A DNA stretch of 62,508 bases, filler included, from Dugesia japonica (taxonomy: Eukaryota), in the NCBI GenBank assembly GCA_001938525.1. It is 5 parts of 5 records of this genome, joined end to end, with 100 filler letters (N's around TTAATTAATTAA, not from the genome) between each part and the next. Parts side by side here need not be neighbours in the genome. Positions count along the whole stretch, not along the records: positions 1 to 19,890 come from MQRL01627287.1; positions 19,991 to 31,035 come from MQRL01612580.1; 3 more parts are not named here. One strand, given 5' to 3'. The notes below the pieces were generated by a model. That model was not told the origin of the DNA. It saw only the letters and a list, made by a program, of their open reading frames with translations, and ran no database searches. This document shows positions 13,241 through 25,300 of this stretch, piece after piece (within the stretch, counting starts at the first letter, position 1; each line of letters begins with the position of its first letter). The position numbers and the translations under genes were made by a program.

Positions 13241-13528
13241 TTAATTCCTCTTCGGCATTTGTCTTTCTACACCTAATTTTAAAGCTTCTCTTGCTTTTAC
13301 AACAGCTGTTGCTACTCCTCTTGCTGCCGCTCCTAATCCGCCTACAACAGCTGCGGCTTTTGCAATAAAAGGAATCAAAGCTAATAATGGTAATATTCCT
13401 CCTTCTTTAGTTTCTTCATTTTTAACNGCTTCTTTAATTTTCTTACCAATCCAATATTTTTCATTATTTATTAAAACAGATTTAGATTTATTAGAATCTA
13501 TTAATTCATTTTCAGTAATATTAGTCAT
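13241..13528 (-). CDS. Adenovirus pX/mu-precursor-like small core protein
   Basis: EGGILPLLALIPFIAKAAAVVGGLGAAA resembles the GGILPLLIPLIAAAIGA segment of adenoviral pX (recalled from memory). Confidence 0.65.
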   Translation of the reverse strand: MTNITENELIDSNKSKSVLINNEKYWIGKKIKEXVKNEETKEGGILPLLALIPFIAKAAAVVGGLGAAARGVATAVVKAREALKLGVERQMPKRN

Positions 13529-13547
13529 TATTTTTTCAAATTATAAA

Positions 13548-14366
13548 ATGAGTATGGATTTGACTTCGTCAATAAGACACAAAGTGTCCGACTTACCGAT
13601 ATGGAATAAAAATAAAACATTATTTAATAATAAAATTTTACCAAATAATTTTAGATTATTAATTATTGGTTCTTCTGGTTGTGGAAAGAATGTATTATTA
13701 ATGAANNNNNNNNNNNNNNNNNNNNNNNNNNNNNNNNNNNNNNNNNNNNNNNNNNNNNNNNNNNNNNNNNNNNNNNNNNNNNNNNNNNNNNNNNNNNGTT
13801 TAGAGAATAATTTAACTAAGAAAGCTATTTTAAATATATTTAATAATCAAGATAGAATACCAGATGAAGTAAATACTGTGTATAGTATTGTTGAATGGTA
13901 TAAAGAAAATATTATTAATTCTGATGTTACAAATAAAAATTAATATATAGATGAGGAAAATAAAATTGATGTTACATTTTCTAATAAATCTTTAGATATT
14001 ATTTATTGTGACAATCTTCCTAAAAATAAAAAGAATTTAGTTATATTTGATGATGTGGTAAATATGAAAAATCAGGATATTCAAAAATCATATTTTACTA
14101 GAGAAAGACATAATAATTGTAATGTTCTTTATATATCTCAAACTTATTACGCTTAAGATAAAAACTCAATTAGAAATAATTCGAATTGTTTTATATTTTT
14201 CAAGTTAAATAAAAGAGATAAAGAGATCCTTTATCAAGATTTAATTAGTAATATCAAACAGGATAAATTATCCTTTGATAATTTTATTAAAAATCACTGG
14301 AAAGATAAATATAATTATATCTATTTAGATAGAGAAAAAGAAGAGATTATTGAAAATTTGTTTTAA
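13548..14366 (+). pseudogene. A32/FtsK-like genome packaging ATPase
   Basis: Walker A GSSGCGK, Walker B LVIFDD (~14038), TRERHNNCNVLYISQ, IRNNSN; in-frame stops and an N gap. Confidence 0.92.
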
Positions 14367-15050
14367 AAACTAGTTTTTAGTAATTCATTATCATAAAACC
14401 TTCCTAATATATCTTCATTATTTAAATCAGTTATTCCATATGTAATTGGTTTAGTATGATAAACTTTAGTTATTATAAAAATTTCATTAGTAAATTTTGT
14501 TGTATATATTTTTTAAAATTTATTTTTATATTTGAATATCCTTACTCTATCACCTATTTAAAACTTTTGCCTATTTAAGATATTATCATTCTCATGATTA
14601 TGTAAATTAATTATATCTTTAATTTTATCAGGATTTTCAGATGCTTTTTTTGGCGATAACTTAATATTACTATGAATTGAATTATTATATTCATTGACTA
14701 TTTTATCTAATAACGCTTTATTCCATTCCTGTTTCCCAATTGATTTAAAATATATAAACATTTTATTTTACAATGTTTTTATTAATCTTTCAGCAATAAC
14801 TGATTTACCTTCATTCTCTGTGTGATATAATTTTATATTATTTTCATTTAGAAATTTATCAAAGTATTTTGATTTTATTGCTCATTCTTTATCAAACTAA
14901 ATATAATCTGTTATTCTATTATTTTCTTCAAATATATTTTCATAAGCTTCTCTTAAAGATTCTTGAGTTTTACCTATCATTGGAATGCAAAAAGCATATC
15001 TTGTATATAAATCAATACATACTAAAATATATCTATACTTTTCCTGCGTA
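14363..15050 (-). pseudogene. Polinton retroviral-like integrase, 5'-truncated
   Basis: YILVCIDLYTRYAF, IAERLIKTL, YNNSIHSNIKLSP, GDRVRI, EIFII.KV..PITY..DL..EDILGRFYDNEL. Confidence 0.9.
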
Positions 15051-15686
15051 GCTTTGCTACTAGTCATCTAATATGACGAGTCAGTGGATTTTTTAACCAT
15101 CAACTTACCAACAAGTCTCCATCAATGTCGTCGCCTCATACAAAAACTGTTTATTGAATTGTCAAGCGTCAAAATGAAAGGGTTCTTCTGCGTCATATTA
15201 CACAGCAAAACCGCTTAATAAAAACATTAGACCTGATCATCAAAAAACAGGGTGAGCTGTCGGAGCACACCAAGCAGATTCTCACCCATAAGATCGAATT
15301 CCTACAACAACATAGAGCTGATCTGGAAAACCGCCTTGAACAAGAAACTTGAACCCGTTGGAACAGCGAAGATGACGAGGCCGCCTTCAATTTTATGAAT
15401 GGTGAGCCTACTAACCCTGGAGCTCTGAATTATATATGAATAATTAAAAAAATAAATTTTAGTACCAATATATTTCTTTAATTGTTTTATAAAGTAAATA
15501 ATGCGAAAATATGAACCCAAAATAAAGGTATACGAGTGAGCACTTCAAGTATACGTTGGAAGTTAACCACTCTATACTGATAACCTAATTAGGGACATTA
15601 GGTAAATTCTTTAACGGGTCCCCTGAGGGCTGCCTTTTTTCCCCCAGCCATATGTTTCTACTGTAAACTCAGGTGGAACCCCAACA
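15051..15686 (+). mobile_element. Unclassified multi-ORF TG..CA element, copy A (last ORF plus terminus only)
   Basis: Ends CTCAGGTGGAACCCCAACA as at 54583 and 56370 (rc); ORF 15085-15439 (INLPTSLHQCRRLIQKL..AAFNF..PGAL) homologous to 56602-56981. Confidence 0.8.
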
Positions 15687-16711
15687 ATATTTTAAACCCA
15701 GTGGTGTATTTTCGTTTGTTTGTTTTATTTGAAAATGTTTTTTAAAAATTTATTTTTTGGTGTATTTTTTAAATATATTTAAAAATTTGAACGATTTAAT
15801 AAAACTAATTCAGAAAATAACCAAGAAAATTATTCAAAAATGGTAAATTTTTATGATAATAATTTTAAAAATTTTTATGATACATAAAAAAATTTAATTC
15901 AAAAAAACTCAGTAAATGATTTGTTTCGCTGCACTCTCTTAGCGCTGATCAAATACCTAGTTATCTTATTAAATGAATAATAATATTTTAAAACAGATTG
16001 TAGAAGTACATACATTTATTTCTAATTTAAATGAAAATTTCAAATAATTTTTATTGTCTAAAATAATTTCTTTTTTGTAGATTTGTTTTTAATTTTAATT
16101 TTAAAGCTAATTTCTTTAATGAATTTAATTTTATTCAATTTCATTTCAAGTGATATTTTAGTAATCTAAAAATTCCATAATTGACTGGAAAGATTGTATT
16201 GGATATATTAAGTAGATTGACTGTATTGAGTATATTGGGCATATTTTGGATATTAATTGTATTGAATAATTGAATGTGTTAAATATATAGGGTTAATTAA
16301 TGATTTTTGAATTTTTGTATGTTGGATTATAATTTTTTTTGTGTTTTATTTGAATTTTATCATGAATGCTGTTCAAAGGATACACATCGAGAAACTCTGA
16401 TCCTAACTATTCTTTACCAGATTTCTTAATCTGAATCTTTTAAAAATCTCATCGACTTCAATGTAGTTTTAGTTTTTTTTGAAAATTATTGTTTTTATAA
16501 AATTTTAAAAATTACAATTTATATCATCCTTTTATAACTCGAGCGACACACACAATTTCATATTCATACAGAAGTAGCAAATAAAATTAAAATTTTTATG
16601 GATAACTAAAAATATTTTTAAAAAAACTAAAAATAATTATCAAAAAAAAAATAAAATTATTAACTTGTTTGCTTAATATCAAATCAATAAACTAAGAAAA
16701 GATTAAAAAAA

Positions 16712-16921
16712 ATGAAATTCTGTTTGAATTGTAATGAAATCATTGAAAATCCATATGAATATCGATTGTTTAGGTGCCATCATCTGTTTTCTAAATCTTG
16801 TATAATTGAAAGGTCTGTCGTACAGACTGTTTGCCACTTCAAATGTCCAATTGATGGATTATCTAATCTGACAATTTTGGCTAATTATAGTGATGTTGGG
16901 TTGGAACACATTCAAGAATAG
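16712..16921 (+). pseudogene. RING-finger-like ORF, probably truncated
   Basis: CLNC..CHHLFSKSC..CPID follows C3HC4 spacing with one ligand changed to Ser; early stop. Confidence 0.55.
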
Positions 16922-17084
16922 AAAATTGTAGCTCCGTAAAGTGTGAAGAAAATATGGACAATAGAGGGCAAAGTAGATGTGCTGGACCAGAAAATGGCTT
17001 ACTATATGCGAAATTATTATTATTATTATGTAATTATTATTAGTATAATTATTATAAAATTAATTTTTAAAATATTGAAAATCG

Positions 17085-17222
17085 AAACTCGGGCGTAGAG
17101 GACCCAAATTTTATCATACAGAAATAGAATTTATAATAGTGGAAAAAGAATGAGGAATTAAATAATAAAAATAATCTACAATAATATAATAATATATTAG
17201 AAGGGCCTCTACGACCCGTTTT
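17085..17222. repeat. Short inverted repeat pair, MITE-like
   Basis: AAACTCGGGCGTAGAGGACCC versus GGGCCTCTACGACCCGTTTT. Confidence 0.5.
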
Positions 17223-17259
17223 ATTTATTATAAATAACGCTAGTTAGCGTTTAATATTA

Positions 17260-19870
17260 TTAGAGGAGTAATTAATTTGGTCCAGTCATCTTTTTGCCTT
17301 GTCTGAATCGGATGATAGCAGTCATACATAAACAAAGAAGCTGATTATTCACCAGAAGTTCAGACAAGGACTTTGCCTAGAAACTAACAGATGCATCACA
17401 TAGGTCACATGAAGTGATGACCGAGATTTACCAAAATTCAAAAGTCCGAGTTCGTGTGCAGAAACACTGAGGTATGCACACCGAATTCAGGACTGTGGCA
17501 GCTAATCAGAAAGCCAGATAATGAAATACGCATTACTATTCGCCGGCTAATCGAGAACCAAATAATTTCTCTATCCTAGGGGAAATAAAACGGGCTGACG
17601 CGAAGCAATCAGTCAGAGTAAAAAAATAAATTTTTGTGTTAAATTGGAGAGCAGAGTATTAAAAAAAAATTTTGTGTTAAATTTTATAGCGGAGTATTAA
17701 AGATTCTTTGTTTAAATTTATAGCTAGTAACACAACGCGTATTTCTCAATATTGGATCTTGGACTCGGGATAAACGAAAAGTAATGTTTGTTCTTTATAC
17801 ATAGTTTTACCCCATTTTGGAATTTATGTAAACTTGTGCCATTGCCCAAATTTGAGTTCTCCGGGATGGATCGAGCTCCGGATTTATTCCGATCAGTAAT
17901 GAGTGTCTAAATATTATGAGGTTCTACTTATCCACGAATAACCTGAATGTAAAGAGATGAGAGTCATTGTAGAGCAAATCCAGAAAATGGATCTGATAGG
18001 ATTATCCGTAAATTATGAGTTTGCAGGAATTGGGAGATCGATCAATCTCGGGAGTAATTGTTTGGTTATTTGAGTTTAAAATGCTATGAGTTTGAATTCA
18101 TGGGAAATTAGCGGGTCCATTCGTGTTTTGGGTCACTAAGTATTTTTTTTATTTTTATTTTTATTGTTCTTGTCAAGCTATTTAATGTTAATAAAATCAT
18201 CATAATAAAGTAATTTTCATTGATTTACCATATTATTCATTCTGCATTTGATAATCAAGTACAATTTTTCTAAATATTCATTATTGCATTATTAATACAA
18301 TATCTCACACTTAAAGGTTTGACGATACCAGTCACGATAATAATAATATAATATCTCACCTATCTCTGTATTCATTATAGTTATTCCGTTTAGGTAATAA
18401 AATGAATTCCGGTAAAATATTATTTAAAAGAATAATAAATCAACCCTAAATTTCAGTAATCGTCCGACTAAATTATTTTCCATTAATTGTTGATAATGAT
18501 TACAAAAAATCCATTCTAGCATAAGACAATGACTGGAACGAGAAAAGATGCGTAATTAAGGCTCATCTTTCCTCGTTCTCGTCATATAACGTTGGAAGCC
18601 AAATTTAAGGCTGTAGGCCGAAGAAAATCATTCCACAATTAACCCACAATTAATGCTCGTACTATTTCATGATTTTATTTAATTGTTTATGGTCTATTAG
18701 ATGGTTAAAGGTAGACGCAATCTCCAAAGGCCTCCTTATATTTGACCCTACATTGACGATGTAGGCCGATATTATATTGAGTGGAACGAAGTGCGGATCA
18801 TGATAAGAGTAGAGGCAGAGAAACATTATCACGAGATCAAGAGCCTCGAGGCGGATAACGAGACGGTCCTAAAAAATAATAGAATAAATGAGTTAGTGTG
18901 TCAGTTGAAACGAGCTCGAGAGTCGCTGCAGAATCAGATCAAACAACTCCAGGGAGAGCTATCTGGCACTTCTCCAAAAATCGTTTGTGTTTTTTCACTC
19001 CGTAGTGCTACAGAGGTAGACGATGAGATCGAAGAACGGGAAATAATCCGTAATCTGATGGATTAGAGTGATACGAATGAACAATCAGTTTAATCTTAAT
19101 AAAAGTTTCTCAGTGTAATTTTGATTTTAAAGCAAAGTTCGCATTAATTGCTTTGTTGTTAATATGATTTAGAGAGTGTGATATGTAGGTCACAAGTAAA
19201 GTAAAAAATGCTGCAGAGGTGGTAGTGTATTGATATAACGAGCTTAGTTTTATTTTTTGTTTATTCGGTGTTAGTAGTTTGAGGAGCAAGCGATTGATAG
19301 AGACATTTTGCTCGAGTGAAATGGCAGATAGCGGTGAGGTTGTGACGGAAAACGTCCCAATTATGAAATTTGACATGGTATATTTTTATGCACTGGTTTT
19401 AATAGTATAATATATATAAATTCACAAGTAAGAGCGATATGAGGTAGTCTACAAATTTAGATCATTTTCAATTATAAAATAATTAAAATTCTTCTTATAA
19501 TTTAGTGGATAAAACTGCCGAGAATAAAATAAATATGAGGGATGTGTTATCAACGCAGAAGAAGTGGAAGGAGGAGCGTAGGACACTCAGAAATGAGGTG
19601 CTGCAGCTGAAGAGCCAGGCCACCAAACACAACCTCAAACATCAACAGCTTAAAGAGAAGGAGTTTGCTCTACAACAAGCAAACCGTTTGATGGCTGATA
19701 TAATCAAAGTTTATGCCGATCGAGAGGCGGTGACATTTGCTAATTTACTATCGCTGTGGTTGTTGTATCAAGAACCACCTGAGGAGTCCAGAGTGAACCA
19801 TACCACGGTCTATTTGGATTTCGGAAAATTAGAGTAATAAAATTTTTCAATGTCGCATTAGTTTTTTTTT
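17260..19870 (+). mobile_element. Divergent relative (copy B) of the multi-ORF element; ends not identified
   Basis: GC-richer ORF islands (18700-19066, 19505-19837) separated by AT spacers with AATAAA; 19505 ORF shares MRD..W.E..IIxxYxDRE with the 53793 and 57458 ORFs. Confidence 0.45.
17615..17725 (+). repeat. Three imperfect ~40 bp tandem units
   Basis: Repeated GAGTA(T)TAAA..TTTGTGTTAAATT..AGC. Confidence 0.65.
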
Positions 19871-19890
19871 CTCATTTATAACGGTTATAT

Positions 19891-19990
19891 NNNNNNNNNN
19901 NNNNNNNNNNNNNNNNNNNNNNNNNNNNNNNNNNTTAATTAATTAANNNNNNNNNNNNNNNNNNNNNNNNNNNNNNNNNNNNNNNNNNNN
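19891..19990. other. Artificial contig linker (also 31036-31135, 42856-42955, 52935-53034)
   Basis: Identical 100-nt N-TTAATTAATTAA-N block; the 12-mer places stops in all six frames. Confidence 0.95.
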
Positions 19991-21299
19991 TTACATAATT
20001 TAACAAATAATTACTGATATGTATTATTGAGCTTTTTGTTTAGGGCCTGTCAGATATGTAGCTAGTTTAGTGCTTTGTTCTATAATCACTAATTAATTTG
20101 TAATTTTGTATTTATACTTGCTACATTTCTAACATATTTTTTTAATTGGAATATCTCTGTGTTGCATTTCTAACTTTATTTTCTTTAATAATTTCATTTT
20201 TACGTAATATTTCATGTAATTTTCTTATTGGACAATTTATTTCTTTTACTAATTTACTATTTGATTTCAATGGATCTTCAAGTCTTTTAGATTTCCATTT
20301 ATTAATTATATTCATTTCTATTTCATTTAAAATACCAAGACTAATTTCTTTGGTTTTAAAAATACGATGCATTTTCTACATAAATAATTTGAATTTTTAT
20401 TTTATTAAAAAAATGATGTTTCAAGATGTTTCAAATCCTGATTACTCGAGTAGNGCTCTGTATGTCTTCATCCTTATTTTATTAAAAATTTATATATTAA
20501 ATTGAGGGAATATAATTGTAATGATTGTAGTGAAATATTTTTAGGAAAGGTTTAATTATATAAACATCTCGATAACGGAAATTGTAAAATCTTTTTAAAT
20601 TATCAATGAAAATGTAATTATTGTTTTGAAAAATTTATTATTAGTAAAANNNNNNNNNNNNNNNNNNNNNNNNNNNNNNNNNNNNNNNNNNNNNNNNNNA
20701 TAAATAATTTGAATTTTTATTTTATTAAAAAAATGATGTTTCAAGATGTTTCAAATCCTGATTACTCGAGTAGGGCTCTGTATGTCTTCATCCTTATTTT
20801 ATTAAAAATTTATATATTAAATTGAGGGAATATAATTGTAATGATTGTAGTGAAATATTTTTAGGAAAGGTTTAATTATATAAACATCTCGATAACGGAA
20901 ATTGTAAAATCTTTTTAAATTATCAATGAAAATGTAATTATTGTTTTGAAAAATTTATTATTAGTAAAAAAAATTTTTTAAACATAAAAAAATTTGTTTT
21001 ATTAATAAATTTAAATGCAATGATAAAATTCAAAATATTACTTTTTCAGATTTCTATACTATTAAATGTATATATCAAACGGCTTTAAATTTTTAAATTT
21101 TTAATTTTTTAATGCCTCTGCTCTTGATTTAAATACGTCTCTACTTTCTTTTCACAGAGGCATTTATTAATTATAAATTTTTCGATTTCTCTCAAAATAT
21201 TCGTTTTTTTCTCATGATAATTATTTTACATTCATAAAATAAAAGTTTGTTTTTTAATACATTTTTTTAAAGAAAAACAAGTAGTTATAGAAGTACGGT

Positions 21300-23652
21300 T
21301 TTAAATCTCCAAATTGTTTTTCTATGCTTTTTGACAAGAAATCAAGCGACTTTATCAAATCCATACTGTCAATACATTTTTGTTGCAGTTTTTTATACAA
21401 CAATTACTTCTGCTCTACAGGTCCTTCCATTCCAAGAATTTTTTGCATTAAACATCCAAAACGCTTCTATCCTCAAGATGAAAAGACAGCTCAGTAAGAT
21501 ACTGCTTTAAAACAATTTAGGACATCAGATTTTTCTTCATGTTTCTTCATTCAATACTGTTATAGACGCTTCAGAATCCCACAACATTTTGATCTTCACA
21601 TTTCTCATATTCGTCAAACTTTTTAGCCTATCATCTGCAGTCTCATATATCTCAACATTTTTTCCATTCCGATTTTCAAAATTCTTTATTGACTCAACCT
21701 CACAGACGAAATGTATACAATAGAGTCCGTTTGGTTTTTTACTTCTTCAAATTCATCTTGTGAACAATTTATTTAGTTTATATTATCTTTTTCTTCGTGA
21801 ATAAACATCACTGATTTTCTTGAGAACTTCGAAGTTATCTCTAGCATTATCTTTACCGAAAAAGATGATGTTACATAATTTCTTATACCAATGTTTACCG
21901 CAAATTAAAAATTTGTTTGTCAGTGGAAATTGAATTCTCATATGGTCTTCACCGTAACAGAAACATTGAGCAGATCAAAAAAATTCATCTTTAGGTGCTG
22001 AAAAATCTATAAATTTATTGTATATTCATCAAGCTGTGTTTCATAGAATACATTGGAATCCATTTCATTCTTGAATCAGAATGGTGTATGAGTGCAACTT
22101 GTCGTTCATTTCGTCTTTTAAAATCACCATTGCTATGGTAATTGTTAGGTAATTTTAAAAATTCATAAATATTTTTAAAATTTAATTCAATAATGTTTTT
22201 ATTAAATAAATATTTATTAGTTAAAATTTTTTAATGAAATTTGAAAATCAATATTTATTAGTTAAAATTTTTTAATGAAATTTGAAAATCAATATTTATT
22301 TGTTGAAATTTTTCAAATGTAAATTCGAAATATTTGTAAAATATATTTTTAATAAATATAATAAATTTGTTTAAATTTATTNTTATTTAAAAATATAAAT
22401 CGGGAAAGGCAAGTTTTGAAAGAAGCGTTCAAAAAGAAACAAGAATTTCAAAGAATTAATTGTAATTGAAATAAAGTATTGAATTAAAAGTCTTGTTTTA
22501 GTTGATTTAAATGAAGAAAAAATTTATAAAACTAACAGTAATAATTATGTGGTCGTTTGATAATTAATAAGGGTTCGACAAAGAGTTGCTGGTTCACTCG
22601 ATCATAACCGAAATTCCTTTGTGGTTTTTGTCTATACTCTTCTCAATTGAATTGACCTTTTTTGTACCATATCTGCATAACTCCTATAAAGAAATAATTA
22701 TAAATTAAAATTAATTTAGCCAATAGAAATCGATTAAGTGGTGTATTAATATTTTATTGGTTCTATTCTCATATAATTATATAANTGTGAATTAAAATAA
22801 ATTATGTCACAAATAGTTGTGATTTTGAAAATGAATTATCAATTGAAAAATTAAATAACAATTGCATTGGCGTACTGCGTTTTCCTAAATCCATCCTTCA
22901 TTAGCTTCTGCTCTCCATTTTCATAAAGTTTAGCCAAGCTACAAATATTTCCTATTGGTATATTTGATTTGGTGATAACAGCTGCTTTGAATCCAGCACT
23001 TCTTGCGCGTTTTGAAGAACATCAATCAAAATTTCTTTTTTAAAAAATCCAAAGTCCAACAAACTAGTTAAAATATTTTGGACTCAAATTTCGAAGGTAG
23101 CACATCTCTCATCATGATTTTGTTTTACCTCTGCCAATTCCATAAATAAATATGTGATGAATTATTTTATCATAAATGTTTCTGCAAACTACTCTCTTGC
23201 TTCTTCCTTTCTTGTCGTTTCTGATTTGAAAATTTCCACAAGGCAGCGTCTTTAGACAAGAGCAAATCAAAGACTCCCGTAAAGTTTAACTCATTGATTG
23301 TTAGCCATTCTTCTATATCCTTTAACCAACGTTGCACATCATCGAAGCTTCTGCCATGAAAACATTGCATTTGAAAATTAATTAATTCTTGAGCTAGATT
23401 TTTCTGATTGCGAGTTATGACATTAATATTTTCGGCGTGGTCGCCAGTAAGATATGATAAGATTCAGACACACTAAAAACCAAAAACTGTTTAATAAAAC
23501 AAAACAGAATTATATAATATATAACTTTGTAATAATAAAAATTTTTAATTAAAATTTTTATGACTTTTTATGTACTATTTTTAGTAATTAATTTTTTACT
23601 AATCTAGTTTTTCATATTAACCAAATGTTGTTAAATAGAATGTTATATTACA
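21300..23652 (-). mobile_element. Decayed Ty3/Gypsy retrotransposon: LTR (~23447-23652), PBS, gag, RT/RNase H remnants
   Basis: LTR TGTAATAT..ATCTTAC then PBS TGGCGACC (23446); gag FHGRSFDDVQRWLKDIEEWL; weak pol-like remnants at 21300-22130. Confidence 0.7.
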
Positions 23653-23951
23653 AATTATCTCAATATAAATATGTGTATAATTTATTTAGAAGTAGATTAA
23701 GTCACTTAGGTCCCGAATACTCATGAGGTTTGAAATCACAGCTAGAAAAAAAACTTAAATTAAAAAAAATTAAAATCAAGTGACTTCAATAAAGTTTACT
23801 TTACTCAAAATAAATACTTTTTACTTATTAAATGTTATTATCAAAACAGTTAAGTTACAACTGAAATGGCATAGTTTTATAAAACATTAATTTATTGTGT
23901 ATTTCTGAAAGAAAGTTCTACATTATGATATAATAATATTATATATTATGA

Positions 23952-24300
23952 TACCAGTGTGTCCCACAAAATAAGCGTTATTGCTTTAAAAAATTTGATT
24001 AAAATTTTATTTCCCAAAACAAAGTTTAATAAATAACATAATATGTATCCTTGTGGAAAACAAGAATCCAACGTTGGGCAATTTTTTGGATCTCATTTTT
24101 ATAAAAATCCTGGGTTTTGAGTCAAAGAACTTTGTATTGTTATTCTGAAAATTTTATCCATTTTCAAAGCGCCGACTTTGGAGAAAATATGCCTTCCATT
24201 AAAACATATGAAAGTCAAAAGTCGCAAGGTCTGGCGAGTATGGTGGATGAAGTAGTATCTCAATTCCATTAAAACTAATGATAGTTTTGATTGAGATAAT
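23952..24300 (-). mobile_element. Mariner 3' fragment
   Basis: HPPYSPDLA motif, FYK..IQKLPQRW-like C-terminus, TIR-like end after TA. Confidence 0.8.
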
Positions 24301-24319
24301 TGCATTTTCAAAAATTAAT

Positions 24320-25077
24320 AAAGGATACAAGTATATTTGTCATATATCGATATATTTAACATATTTGCAAAAGCTATTCCAGTAAAATCTAAATCTGCTA
24401 ATAATATCGAAGCGACAATCAAGTCAATAATCAAAGATGAACAGCCAAATAATCTACAAACGGATTTCAGTAAGGAAGTTTACAATTCCAAAGTCAACAA
24501 TCTTATAAAACATCTAAAAATAAACTATTATAATGTATTCCCACAGAGATTTAATTGCACATTGAGAAATGCTTTGACTTTGTTTTACTTTAACTTTGTT
24601 TTACTGGTAATAAAACCTGAATAAATGTATTACCAAAACTTATTCATATCAATACAAATTAAATGGAGCAAGATCAGTTGATCAAACAATCAATTAAAGT
24701 AACGGTTACGGTAACAAAAATATAAAGAAATAAAAAAACTAAAATTTAAAGTCAGTAACTATGTTAGAATCTCAATGATATCTGCTTCCCCATTCATCAT
24801 GAGTTTCAATAGTAATTGGAGCAATGAGACGTTTCAAATAACAAAAATTAATACTAAACAAAATCTATTCATGTATGTGATTAAATATTATGAGAATAAT
24901 ATAATATAAGGAAAGTTTTAAGGAATTGCAAGCCATTCTTCTGCCTACGAAATTTAGAATACAAAAAATATTAGATCGAAATAAACAAAAAAGAACAAAA
25001 CATATTATGTAAAGTGGCACGTATATGAAACCCCTACTTGAATATCAGCATCAAAAATAGTTGATAATGAGAAATAA
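24320..25077 (+). pseudogene. Second Polinton integrase with C-terminal chromodomain, degenerate
   Basis: GYKYILSYIDIF, AIPVKSK, LQTD..KE.YN, RFN.TL, FKVSNYVRIS, NWSNE.F.I, YYVKWH.Y. Confidence 0.85.
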
Positions 25078-25300
25078 TTTCTATATACTTTTACCGAGCA
25101 ATAATTGTCTTCTTGTTCAACCATATAAAATGGTAGTAATTTATCTTCGAGTTAAAAAATCCAATTTGCTTGGAAGATCAATGAAATGTAGCAATGATGG
25201 ATTTTACCTTTGTATATTCCTCCATTCTAACGTGTAGTTAATCCAGTATTGAATATGAATTATTTAAACCAATTGTGAAGGAAATAATACTTTATGTTAA
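25067..25300 (+). pseudogene. N-terminus of a Polinton minor capsid (penton/PX-type) gene
   Basis: MRNNFYILLPSN..LKNPICLE...VAMMDF overlapping the integrase end, as in canonical Polintons. Confidence 0.65.

Larger units (their letters stand above)
2568..15050. mobile_element. Degenerate Polinton/Maverick (adintovirus-like) endogenous viral element, truncated within the integrase
   Basis: Co-located pPolB, protease, penton, A32-like ATPase and retroviral-like integrase motifs; compact intronless layout; many stops and frameshifts. Confidence 0.93.

Noticed and set aside
19891-19990. Recurrent TTAATTAATTAA palindrome inside N runs (4 sites)
   Set aside because: Artificial six-frame-stop linker, not biological; it also makes adjacency across these sites unreliable
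20380-20970. Near-identical tandem duplication (likewise 31387-32066)
   Set aside because: The copies sit either side of a ~50-N gap, typical of unmerged contig overlaps or alleles
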